Shown here: positions 23,408 to 31,744 of the stretch, piece after piece
Position numbering within the stretch: the first letter of the stretch is position 1
Layout: each line of letters opens with the position of its first letter
DNA from: Acidobacteriota bacterium
GTDB lineage: Bacteria; Acidobacteriota; UBA4820; DSQY01
DNA length: 53,655 bases
Assembly: GCA_037440125.1 (NCBI GenBank)
Contig: JBBIUU010000009.1
Coordinates: forward strand, 1 to 53,655
Direction: 5' to 3'
Made by a program: the position numbers and the translations under genes
The notes under the pieces: model-generated
Databases searched by the model: none
Seen by the model: only the letters and a program-made list of their open reading frames with translations
Told to the model about the DNA's origin: nothing

Positions 23408-24349
23408 CTACTCATGACACTTCGGCATGGGCGCGCCGTCCTTGATCTGGCCCACGAGGGCCTCCACGGACGGGAACCCGTGCCGGCGGCAGTAGTCCTC
23501 GATGCCGTCCAGGATGGTGTAGGGGCACTGCGGGTCTACGAAGAGCGCCGTCCCCACCTGCACCGCCTTGGCGCCGGCGAGGAGGAACTCGAGGGCGTCG
23601 GCCGCGGTGAAGATGCCGCCGATGCCCACCACGGGGATGCTCACGGCGCGGGAGACCTGGTAGACGATGCGCACGGCGATGGGCTTGAGCGCGGGGCCGC
23701 TGAGGCCCCCGATCTTGTTGGAGATCCGGAACTCGCGCCGCTCCACGTCGATGGCCATGGCGGGCATGGTGTTGATGCACGTGAGGGCGTCCGCGCCCGC
23801 GTCCTGCGCGGCCTTTGCCGTGGCGGTCACGTCGGAGGCGTTGGGGCTGAGCTTGACCCAGAGGGGCTTCTTCGTGGCGTCGCGGCACGCCTTGGTGACC
23901 TTGTAGACGGAGGCCGGGTCGGTGCCGAACTGGATGCCGCCCTCCTGGATGTTTGGGCACGAGATGTTCATCTCGAGCGCCGCGAGGGCGGGCTCCTCGC
24001 CGAGGGCCGCGGCGGCCTGCACGTACTGGTCCACGGTGTGTCCGTAGAAGTTCGCCACGAAGGCCGTGTCGTAGGTCCTGAGCTTGGGGGCCTTCTCGGC
24101 CAGGAAGCGCGACACGCCCACGTTCTGGAGGCCGATGGCGTTGATCATCCCGCCGCCCGTCTCCCAGATGCGCGGAGGCTTGTTGCCGTCGCTCCCCGCC
24201 ATGGAGAGCCCCTTGAGGCACACGCCGCCGAGGCGGTTCAGGTCGAGGTGCGGCTCCATGTCGGTTCCGTAGCCGCAGCACCCCGAGGCGAGCATGACGG
24301 GATTGTTGAGGCGGATGGCGCCGACGGCGGTGGACAGGTCTACTCCCAC
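23408..24349 (-). CDS. pyrD: Dihydroorotate dehydrogenase catalytic subunit (class 1B)
   Basis: NPVMLASGCCGYG, NAIGLQN.G, LEMNISCPN, KLSPN and GGLSGPALKPIA blocks. GTG start with GGAGG upstream, overlapping the pyrK end. Confidence 0.9.
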   Translation of the reverse strand: MGVDLSTAVGAIRLNNPVMLASGCCGYGTDMEPHLDLNRLGGVCLKGLSMAGSDGNKPPRIWETGGGMINAIGLQNVGVSRFLAEKAPKLRTYDTAFVANFYGHTVDQYVQAAAALGEEPALAALEMNISCPNIQEGGIQFGTDPASVYKVTKACRDATKKPLWVKLSPNASDVTATAKAAQDAGADALTCINTMPAMAIDVERREFRISNKIGGLSGPALKPIAVRIVYQVSRAVSIPVVGIGGIFTAADALEFLLAGAKAVQVGTALFVDPQCPYTILDGIEDYCRRHGFPSVEALVGQIKDGAPMPKCHE

Positions 24350-25116
24350 AGGACCACCTCCCCGTCGAACACCGGCCCCTCCTGGCAGACTCGCTCGTAG
24401 GCGCGGGCGCCGTCTCTCAGCACGGGCACGACGCACCCGAGGCACACGCCGTAGCCGCAGCCCATGCGCGCCTCCAGGCTGAGGTGGGACGGCACGCGGC
24501 CCCAGCACATCTTGGCCACGGCCTTGAGCATGCCCTCGGGCCCGCAGGCGTACGCGGCCGGCGCGCCCGCGTCGAGCGCCCGCTGGAGGGGCGCCGTCAC
24601 GAGGCCCTTCTCGCCGACGCTCCCGTCCTCGGTGGTGATGACCGGTTCCACGCCCAGAGCCCCGAGCTCCTCCATGCAGACGAGATCGGCCTCCGAGCGC
24701 GCACCCTGGAAGAAGGTGAAGGACGTGCCCTCCCGGACGAAGGCCTCCGCGAGGTACACGAGAGGGGGCACCCCCACGCCGCCACCCACGAGGGCTGCAG
24801 GCTTGCCTTCACCCCGAGCCCGGCGCGGGAAGGGCTTCCCCAGCGGGCCGAGCCCCGTGACTTTCTGGCCGGGCTCGAGGTCGTAGAGCCGCCGCGTGCC
24901 CTCGCCCACGACCTTGAGGAGGAAGCGGAGCGTTCCGGCGCCGGTGTCCTCGCCGAGGATGGAGAGGGGTCGTGGCAGCATGGGGTCGGCGCCCCAGTCC
25001 CCGCGGAGCATGTAGAACTGGCCGGGCTCGGAGCGGTCCACCCCGCCCCGGACGGTTAGCGTTGCGTAGGGACCGCGGCGCTTGTTGCTGACGACGACGT
25101 AGGGTTTGACCCCCAT
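24340..25116 (-). CDS. pyrK: Dihydroorotate dehydrogenase electron-transfer subunit
   Basis: Internal ATG (MGVKPYVV...) with GGAGGGAGAGGG upstream. FAD/NAD-binding fold motifs (RPLSI, GGGVGVPP). C-terminal Cys cluster CGYGVCLGC. Confidence 0.9.
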   Translation of the reverse strand: MGVKPYVVVSNKRRGPYATLTVRGGVDRSEPGQFYMLRGDWGADPMLPRPLSILGEDTGAGTLRFLLKVVGEGTRRLYDLEPGQKVTGLGPLGKPFPRRARGEGKPAALVGGGVGVPPLVYLAEAFVREGTSFTFFQGARSEADLVCMEELGALGVEPVITTEDGSVGEKGLVTAPLQRALDAGAPAAYACGPEGMLKAVAKMCWGRVPSHLSLEARMGCGYGVCLGCVVPVLRDGARAYERVCQEGPVFDGEVVLWE

Positions 25117-25154
25117 CCCTCTCCCTCCGGGCGTGAAGTATACACCGCGGGGCG

Positions 25155-25613
25155 CTACTTCGGTTCCCGTTCCTCGTGGTGGGCCCAGGCGCGGAAGAAG
25201 TAGACCCCGGAGCCGACCTTGAAGAGGAGGACGCGGCCCTCGCGGTGGGGTGTCCCCGGGTCGGTCCACACGAGGCAGAGCCACCGCGCGGAGGCGTCCT
25301 TGAGGTCGCGGTCGCGGGGGAGGATGGCGCGGAAGGCGGCGAGGGCCTCCTGGGAATCCGCCGGCCGGTAGCGGGCCTGGTGCCGGAGCGTGATGTCGCC
25401 CGCGTGAGCCACCTTGAGCCACGCATCGTAGCCTCTCACCGTGGTGGCGCCCCCGCCGAGGATGCGCACCTCCTCCACGGGCGTGTCGAAGGAAGATCGG
25501 TAGACACCCACCGGGTCGGTGCGGACGAAGACGTCGAGGGAGCACCCGGCGAGCGCGAGGAGCGTCGCGAGACAGAGCGTGAACATCACGCCGAAGCCGC
25601 GCGCGCTAGGCAT
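25155..25613 (-). CDS. Hypothetical lipoprotein
   Basis: The lipobox LLALAGC follows a hydrophobic leader. The start overlaps the comF-like stop by 8 nt. No other motif recognised. Confidence 0.6.
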   Translation of the reverse strand: MPSARGFGVMFTLCLATLLALAGCSLDVFVRTDPVGVYRSSFDTPVEEVRILGGGATTVRGYDAWLKVAHAGDITLRHQARYRPADSQEALAAFRAILPRDRDLKDASARWLCLVWTDPGTPHREGRVLLFKVGSGVYFFRAWAHHEEREPK

Positions 25614-26382
25614 CGGCGGCCTCCGCTTCCGGTGAGGCGGCCAGGTCCAGGTCGCGCGTGAGGACCACCGCGAAGGTCGCTGCGTGGACCGTCGCCCCGG
25701 CCCGGCTCAGGACCCTGGCGCACTCGCGCAAGGTCGCGCCCGTGGTCCGGACGTCGTCCACGAGGAGGAGGCGCTTACCCTCGACCTCGCCGCGCGTCGC
25801 GGTGAACGCCGCGCGGACGTTCTCCCGCCGCTGGGCTCTCGTCAGGCCCTTCTGCGCCGCGGGCGCCTTTCGGGGGCGGAGGCTGCGGCGGCAGGGGAGG
25901 CCCAGGAACGCGGCGGCCTCGCGCGCCACGAGGCCTGCCGATTCGAAGCCCCGCGTCCAGCGCCTGCGCCAAGGGCTGGGCACGTAGACCACGGCGTCCC
26001 ACGTGGTCTCGGGCCAGGCTCTCCTCACGCTTCGGGCGAGGGCCCGCCCCATGAGTCGCGCCAGGGGGTAGCGCTTGCGGTCCTTGTAGAGGAGGACGAG
26101 CGCGCGAACGGGGCCGCGGTAGACGAAGGCCGAGGTGCACGCCTCGAAGTGGGGCGGATTCTGGAGGCACTCCCCGCAAGGGTGGGGCTCCTGTCCCTCG
26201 ACGGGAGGCAGGGGGAGGCCGCACACCGGACACGATGGAGACGCGGGGCGCCGCCTGTGGCGCCAGCACGTCCGGCACAGCCCCGGCGCGGGGCCGCGGG
26301 CGCTCTCCGTGCCGCACACGACGCACGGGCCGGCGGGCAGGAACGCTTCCACGGTGCCCCGGGCCAGCGCGCGAGTGATCAC
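25606..26382 (-). CDS. ComF family protein (phosphoribosyltransferase domain with N-terminal zinc-ribbon Cys pairs)
   Basis: GTG start forms a GTGA overlap with the ftsB-like stop. Cys pairs CVVCG..CRTC and CPVCG..CGEC. PRTase motif LLLVDDVRTTGATL. Confidence 0.8.
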   Translation of the reverse strand: MITRALARGTVEAFLPAGPCVVCGTESARGPAPGLCRTCWRHRRRPASPSCPVCGLPLPPVEGQEPHPCGECLQNPPHFEACTSAFVYRGPVRALVLLYKDRKRYPLARLMGRALARSVRRAWPETTWDAVVYVPSPWRRRWTRGFESAGLVAREAAAFLGLPCRRSLRPRKAPAAQKGLTRAQRRENVRAAFTATRGEVEGKRLLLVDDVRTTGATLRECARVLSRAGATVHAATFAVVLTRDLDLAASPEAEAADA

Positions 26383-26834
26383 GGCGGCGGCTGCGGCGCC
26401 GGGGCGGGCGCGTCCTGGGCCCCCGGGGTCGGTCCGGCAGTCGGCGGGGCGGACGACGGGGTCGGGTTCGAAGGCGCAGCGGGGGCAGGCGTCTGGGGCG
26501 GAGCGGCTTGCGCGCCGCCGGGGATGTAGAGCACGCGCTCGCCGGGCTTCTTGAGGAAGAAGCGCTCGCGGGCGATGCCCTCGTAGACGTTGGGGTCCGT
26601 CTGGAGGCGCTGGATCTCGGACCGGATCCTCGCGTTCTCCTCCTCGAGCTTGCCCACCTGCTCCTGGAGGAGGCGCACCTCCTTGCGCAGGGCCAGGACG
26701 TCGAGGATGCCGCCGCGCCCCCACACGAGGAGGGCCGCCATGGGAAGCCACACGAGGACGATGAGGGTCCAGCCGAGCTGGGAGCGGCTCGCCTTGGGCT
26801 TCTCCCCGGTCCGGGCGGTGCGCGGTGCGGTCAT
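26379..26834 (-). CDS. ftsB: Septum formation initiator (FtsB/DivIC family)
   Basis: A single TM helix is followed by the coiled-coil LRKEVRLLQEQVGKLEEENARIRSEIQRLQTDP.YIE..ARE. The conserved position is directly downstream of eno. Pro/Ala-rich tail. Confidence 0.8.
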   Translation of the reverse strand: MTAPRTARTGEKPKASRSQLGWTLIVLVWLPMAALLVWGRGGILDVLALRKEVRLLQEQVGKLEEENARIRSEIQRLQTDPNVYEGIARERFFLKKPGERVLYIPGGAQAAPPQTPAPAAPSNPTPSSAPPTAGPTPGAQDAPAPAPQPPP

Positions 26835-26873
26835 GGACTCCCCAGGGGCGGCACGGCCCCCACGGCGGTGACG

Positions 26874-28154
26874 CTAGGCTCTGAGGCGCGCCACCACCTC
26901 CTGGCCCGCGAAGCGCGCGGCGTCGCCGAGCTCCTCCTCGATGCGCAGGAGCTGGTTGTACTTGGCGAGGCGGTCCATGCGGCAGGGCGCGCCCGTCTTG
27001 ATGAAGTCCGCGTTGACCGCCACGGCGAGGTCGGCGATGAAGGAGTCCTCGGTCTCGCCCGAGCGGTGGCTGATGACCACGCCGTACTTCGCGCGCTTGG
27101 TGAGCTCGATGGCCTCGAGCGTCTCGGTCACCGTGCCGATCTGGTTGGGCTTGATGAGCACGGCGTTGCCGATGCCGCCCGCCACGGCCTTGCGGATGAA
27201 CTCGGGGTTGGTGACCACGTAGTCGTCCATGACGAGCTGGGTGCCCCTGCCGAGCGCGTCGGTGAGGGCCTTCCAGCCTTCGTGGTCGTGCTCGCCCACG
27301 CCGTCCTCGATGGAGAGGAGAGGGTAGCGCCCGCACCACTCGCCGTAGAGCGTCACGAGGTCCGCGGCGCTGCGCTTCTGTCCGATCTGGTAGGACTTCG
27401 AAGCGGCGTCCCACGCGCTGCTCGCGGCCACATCGAGGGCGAGGTAGACGTCGTGCCCGGGCTTGTACCCGGCCTTCTCGATGGCGCCCACGAGGAACTT
27501 CAGGGCCTCCTCGTCGCCGGGCAGGTCGGGTGCGAAGCCGCCCTCGTCGCCGATGGCCGTGGAGAGCTTCTTCTCCTTCAGGAGCCCCTTGAGCGCGTGG
27601 TAGCACTCGGTGCCCATGCGGAGCGCCTCGCGGAAGGAGGTGGCGCCCACCGGGACGAACATGAACTCCTGGACGTCCACGTTGTTGTCAGCGTGCTGGC
27701 CCCCGTTGACGACGTTCATGAGGGGCACGGGCAGACGGTGCGCGAAGGCGCCGCCGAGGTAGCGGTAGAGCGGCACCTGGAGGTAGTTGGCCGCGGCGCG
27801 GGCCGTGGCTTCGGACACCGCCAGGATGGCGTTCGCGCCGAGCGCGCCCTTGTTGCCCGTCGCGTCCAGGCGGAGCATCTTGAGGTCCACGCCGCGCTGG
27901 TCGAGGGCGTCCTCGCCCTGGAGGGCCTCGGCGATTTCGCCGTTCACGTGCTCGACGGCCTTCAGCGTGCCCTTGCCAGCGTACCGTTTCTTGTCGCCGT
28001 CGCGGAGCTCTACGGCCTCGAACTCGCCCGTGGATGCGCCGGAGGGCACCGAGGCGCGCCCGACCGTGCCGTCGCTCAGGATGACCTCGGCCTCCACCGT
28101 GGGGTTGCCCCGCGAGTCCAGAACCTCCCGACCCAGGATGAACTCGATCAACAT
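26874..28154 (-). CDS. eno: Enolase (phosphopyruvate hydratase)
   Basis: [37 protein letters not shown] and SHRSGETED blocks. The ATG at 28154 is preceded by GGAGGT and gives a family-typical N-terminus. An in-frame ATG at 28166 is an alternative start. Confidence 0.95.
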   Translation of the reverse strand: MLIEFILGREVLDSRGNPTVEAEVILSDGTVGRASVPSGASTGEFEAVELRDGDKKRYAGKGTLKAVEHVNGEIAEALQGEDALDQRGVDLKMLRLDATGNKGALGANAILAVSEATARAAANYLQVPLYRYLGGAFAHRLPVPLMNVVNGGQHADNNVDVQEFMFVPVGATSFREALRMGTECYHALKGLLKEKKLSTAIGDEGGFAPDLPGDEEALKFLVGAIEKAGYKPGHDVYLALDVAASSAWDAASKSYQIGQKRSAADLVTLYGEWCGRYPLLSIEDGVGEHDHEGWKALTDALGRGTQLVMDDYVVTNPEFIRKAVAGGIGNAVLIKPNQIGTVTETLEAIELTKRAKYGVVISHRSGETEDSFIADLAVAVNADFIKTGAPCRMDRLAKYNQLLRIEEELGDAARFAGQEVVARLRA

Positions 28155-28220
28155 CGTGACCTCCATGAACTCCTAGAATAGCTCACAGGGAGCGCCGAAG
28201 GGAGGGGGAGGAGGAGAAAT

Positions 28221-28430
28221 GGCGAATGGCGAATGTGGAAATTTGCGAATTGCGAATTGCGGGTTGATGATCGCGCCATATCTTCTCGCCTCAGCCGGTC
28301 GCCTTCGCTTCCGAATCCCAAATTTTAAATCCCAGATCCCGCTTTCATCCTCCACCCTTCACCCTCCGTTTCCGAATTCCGCTTTCCGAATTCCGCTTTC
28401 CGAATTCCGCTTTCCGAATTCCGAATTTCC
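28221..28430. repeat. Heptamer-array locus: left array (GAATnGC-type units, 28221-28263) and right array of 14-nt units TTTCCGAATTCCGC x4 (28369-28430)
   Basis: Left array: ggcgaat ggcgaat ... tgcgaat tgcgaat. Right array: three perfect and one near-perfect 14-mers, i.e. alternating cgaattc/cgctttc heptamers. The locus lies in the divergent region between eno and the hot-dog gene. Confidence 0.85.
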
Positions 28431-28456
28431 TTCGCCCCTGCTATCCTTCCCTCCTG

Positions 28457-28834
28457 ATGAGCGAGCCGCAGCGCCTGCCCCACGCCTACCCGTTCCGCTT
28501 CATCGCCCGCGAGGAGGGCGAGGTGGAGCTCTCCTTCGCGGCCTCCGCGAACGACGCCGTGAGCCGCGGGGGCGCCGTGCCTCCCTGGGTCGTCCTCGAG
28601 GCGCTCACCCAGGCCGCGGGGCTCCTGTGCGCTTCGGGCGGGCAGCGGGGAGGCGTGCTCGTCCAGGCTTCGTCGTACCGCTGTCCCCGCAGGATTCGTC
28701 CGGGCGACGTCCTGGCCCTCAGGGCGCAGCTCCTCAAGCGCATGGGACCGGTGATCCGCGTCCTCATGACGGCGCGGCGCGACGGGCGCCTCGTGGCCCG
28801 AGGCGTGCTGACGCTCCGTGAGGGCGGGGGATGA
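28457..28834 (+). CDS. Small hot-dog fold protein, FabZ/ApeP-like dehydratase family
   Basis: The N-terminal LPHAYPFRFI motif resembles LPHRYPFLLVD. VVLEALTQAAGLL resembles the FabZ central helix. The end forms an ATGA overlap with the KS gene. Confidence 0.7.
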   Translation: MSEPQRLPHAYPFRFIAREEGEVELSFAASANDAVSRGGAVPPWVVLEALTQAAGLLCASGGQRGGVLVQASSYRCPRRIRPGDVLALRAQLLKRMGPVIRVLMTARRDGRLVARGVLTLREGGG

Positions 28835-30009
28835 GGCCCACGGTCTGGGTCACGGGCCTCGGCGTCTGGAGCGCGCTGGGCCGCGACGCCCGCTCCTTCT
28901 GGGAGGGTCTCGTCGCGGGTCGGAGCGGCGTGGGCGATCTCGACCGCTTCCCGCCGGGCAACATGCGCAGCCCCCGCGTGGCCGCGTGCCCCGACCCCGA
29001 AGTGCTCTATCCGAATCGCTCCGACAACCTGGCGCTCGCCGCGGCGCGCGAGGCGCTTGCGCAGGCGGGCCTCGCCGCGCTCCCCGAGGGCGCGGGCATC
29101 GCCCTCGGCGCAGGCGTCGGAGGCCTCCCCGAATCGGAGGAGGCCTACCTCGACTTCCTCCAGGAGGGGCACCTCGCCGGCCGGGTGAGGCGCTTCACGG
29201 GCCACCTGCCGGCCACCACCGCCGACGTCCTCGGCCGCGAGCTCGGCGGCGGCGGACCGAGGATCTCCGTGGCCAACGCGTGCACCTCCTCCGCGGCGGC
29301 CATCGGCCTCGGCGGCCTCTGGATCGAGGAGGGGGAGTGCGACGTTGTCCTGGCGGGGGCGAGCGACGCTCTCTCGAGGCTGACGGTGGGCGGCTTCAAC
29401 TGCCTCAGGCTCGTGAGCCCCGACCGCCCCAGGCCCTTCGACGGGGCGCGCAGCGGCATGGTGATCGGCGAGGGCGCGGCGTTCCTCGTGCTCGAGTCGG
29501 AGGCCCGCGCGCGCTCCCGCGGCGCCCGGCCCCTCGCGGTCCTCGAGGGGGCGGGGTACTCGGCGGACGCCTTTCACGCCACGGCCCCTCAGCCCGAGGG
29601 CGAGGGCGCCCTGCGCGCCATGCGCCAGGCGCTCGCCGCGGCCGGTGCGTCGCCCGACTCGGTGGACCACGTGAACGCGCACGGAACGGCCACGCAGGCC
29701 AACGACCTCGCGGAGGGGAAGGCCCTCCTCGCCCTCTTCGGGAACCGGGCCTCCTCCGTTCCGGTAGTCTCCATCAAGGGCGCTGTGGGCCACTGTCTTG
29801 GCGCCGCGGGAGCGGTGGAGGCCGTTGCGGCGGTCCTGACCCTCGTGCACCAGATGGTCCCGCCGTGCGCGGGATTTGCCGAGGCGGACCCCGCCATCCC
29901 CCTGTGGGTGCCGCGCGAGGCCGTGTCCATGGCGCTCCGTCGCGTGCTCTGCGTGAACCTGGCCTTCGGCGGGAACAACGCCGCCCTGTGCTTCGGGGCC
30001 GCGCCGTGA
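28831..30009 (+). CDS. Beta-ketoacyl-ACP synthase (KAS I/II type)
   Basis: Active-site ANACTSSAAAIG (Cys), HATAP and NAHGTATQANDLAE (His/His), and SIKGAVGHCLGAAG. Confidence 0.9.
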   Translation: MRPTVWVTGLGVWSALGRDARSFWEGLVAGRSGVGDLDRFPPGNMRSPRVAACPDPEVLYPNRSDNLALAAAREALAQAGLAALPEGAGIALGAGVGGLPESEEAYLDFLQEGHLAGRVRRFTGHLPATTADVLGRELGGGGPRISVANACTSSAAAIGLGGLWIEEGECDVVLAGASDALSRLTVGGFNCLRLVSPDRPRPFDGARSGMVIGEGAAFLVLESEARARSRGARPLAVLEGAGYSADAFHATAPQPEGEGALRAMRQALAAAGASPDSVDHVNAHGTATQANDLAEGKALLALFGNRASSVPVVSIKGAVGHCLGAAGAVEAVAAVLTLVHQMVPPCAGFAEADPAIPLWVPREAVSMALRRVLCVNLAFGGNNAALCFGAAP

Positions 30010-31013
30010 GTGCCCTCTTCATCACCGGCGCAGGCGCCGTGGGGCCCTGCGGCCTCGGCCTCCCCAATTCTTTCCGAGGTCCGGCCGCCGGAGGTTTCCG
30101 AGACGTGCCCGGAGGCCTGCCGCTGAAGGAGGGCTTCCCTCCCTCGGCCATGCGGTGGCTCGACGCCACCTCGCTCTGGTGGCTGAACGCCGCGCGGCAG
30201 GCGGCGGGCCCGGGAGGGACGGGGCCCGGGGGCGCCCTCGTCGTGGGGCTCGGCTGGGGTTCCAACCCGCCCGTCATCGCCCTCCTCGAGCAATCGCACC
30301 GCGAGGGCTTTGCGAGCATGGCCCCCGCGCACTTCCCCTACTCCGTGGGAAACGCCCCCGCGGCACAGGCGGGAATCCTGCTCGGGATGAAGGGCGCCGC
30401 CTTCACGCTCTGCGCGAAGGAGGCCGCCGGGCTCGCCGCCGTCGTGGAGGCGTGCCGCTACCTCCGCGCGGGGCTCTTCGAAAAGTGCGTGGCGGGCGGC
30501 GTGGACCAGGCCGACCCTTTCCTCCGCCGCGTCGTCGGCGCGCTGAGGCGCGGCGACGGAATGGCCGCCGGCGAGGGCGCCTACGCGCTGCGGATCGACC
30601 GGGCGCAGTGCCCGCCCGAGGGGACACTCGCCCGCGTCGCGGGTTGGGCCGCGTGCTCTGCACCCGCGCTCCCGCACCGGTTCCCCGAGGCCGAACCCCT
30701 GCTCCGGCGTACGCTCGCCAAGCTCCTGAACCGCGCGGGTTGGGAGGCCTCCTCCGTCGACCTCGCCGCGCTGCCCCAGGACTCTCCGGATCTCCGCGAC
30801 GCCTCGGCGGGGCTGATGCGAGCGGAGCTCGGGAACGCTCGCCCCTTCGACTTCCAACCTGCCCTCGGCGCGTGCGGCGCGAGCTGGGCGGGCGCCGCGG
30901 GCCTCGCCGCGACGGCCCTCGCGAGGGGGGTGGCGCGGCGCGCGGCGCTCGTGGCCTTCGCCTCGGGCGGATGCGCCTGGGGTCTCGCGCTGGAGGCCCT
31001 CCGTGCTGAGTGA
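30006..31013 (+). CDS. Beta-ketoacyl synthase-like partner protein (chain-length-factor-like, degenerate)
   Basis: GTG start forms a GTGA overlap with the KS stop. KS-fold-like blocks are present (GLGWGSNP, APAAQAGILLGMKGAAFTL.AKEAAGL) but the His-His motifs are missing. Confidence 0.65.
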   Translation: MSALFITGAGAVGPCGLGLPNSFRGPAAGGFRDVPGGLPLKEGFPPSAMRWLDATSLWWLNAARQAAGPGGTGPGGALVVGLGWGSNPPVIALLEQSHREGFASMAPAHFPYSVGNAPAAQAGILLGMKGAAFTLCAKEAAGLAAVVEACRYLRAGLFEKCVAGGVDQADPFLRRVVGALRRGDGMAAGEGAYALRIDRAQCPPEGTLARVAGWAACSAPALPHRFPEAEPLLRRTLAKLLNRAGWEASSVDLAALPQDSPDLRDASAGLMRAELGNARPFDFQPALGACGASWAGAAGLAATALARGVARRAALVAFASGGCAWGLALEALRAE

Positions 31014-31701
31014 GGTCCAGCGCGGCCCCGACGGCCCCTACCTGGATCTCTCGCACCTCTTCGGCGGCGACCTCTTCGCCTACGTCACGCTGAAGGGGTT
31101 CGCGGGGGTGGACCCGGAGCACCTCACCCGGTTTCTGCGGGGGCGCGGCCGCTCGGTCTGCGAGGTGCACCGCGTGGTGCAGGTCCACTCGGGCCGCGTG
31201 GTGGAGCCCGGCGAGGCGCCTTGCGACGCCGACGCGCTCGTGGGCTCGGCGCCGGGCGAGGCCGTGCGCGTGGTGACGGCGGACTGCGCGCCCATCCTCC
31301 TCGGTTCCGCCGACGCGTCGTGCTATGCGGCCGTGCATGCGGGATGGAAGGGGACCCTCGCCCGGATCGTCCAGAACGCGGTGCGCGCCACGGCCTGCGA
31401 CCCCGCCTCACTCACCGCGTATATCGGCCCCGCCGTGGCGCCCTGCTGCTACGGCGTGGACCGGGAGCGGTACGGCCTCTTCGAGCGGGAGTTCCCAGGC
31501 TGGCTGCCCGCGGCCGGCGAGAGGCCCTCGCTCGACCTCCAGGCGATCAACGCGGCGCAGCTCCGAGAGGCCGGCGTGGCGGGGTCTTCCATCCATTTGG
31601 AGGAGCGTTGTACCTCCTGTGGCCTTGGTCTATGCTGTTCCTACCGCAGGGACGGGGAGCGGGCCGGCCGCATGGCCGCCCTCATTGGGAGGACGACCTG
31701 A
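31003..31701 (+). CDS. pgeF: YfiH/PgeF family (DUF152, polyphenol-oxidase-like) protein
   Basis: VQVHSGRVV, DADALV, TADCAPILL, AVHAGWKGT, GP.....CCY.V and C....CCSYRRDG blocks. Confidence 0.85.
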   Translation: MLSEVQRGPDGPYLDLSHLFGGDLFAYVTLKGFAGVDPEHLTRFLRGRGRSVCEVHRVVQVHSGRVVEPGEAPCDADALVGSAPGEAVRVVTADCAPILLGSADASCYAAVHAGWKGTLARIVQNAVRATACDPASLTAYIGPAVAPCCYGVDRERYGLFEREFPGWLPAAGERPSLDLQAINAAQLREAGVAGSSIHLEERCTSCGLGLCCSYRRDGERAGRMAALIGRTT

Positions 31702-31744
31702 GCCGGGTGATGGGATGATCCGTCCCCGCACGGGGAGGAAGGGC

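Noticed and set aside
28369-28430. Tandem 14-nt repeats considered as a possible CRISPR array.
   Set aside because: The units are contiguous with no spacers, only 14 nt long, and no cas genes are present. This is a simple tandem repeat of the heptamer family.
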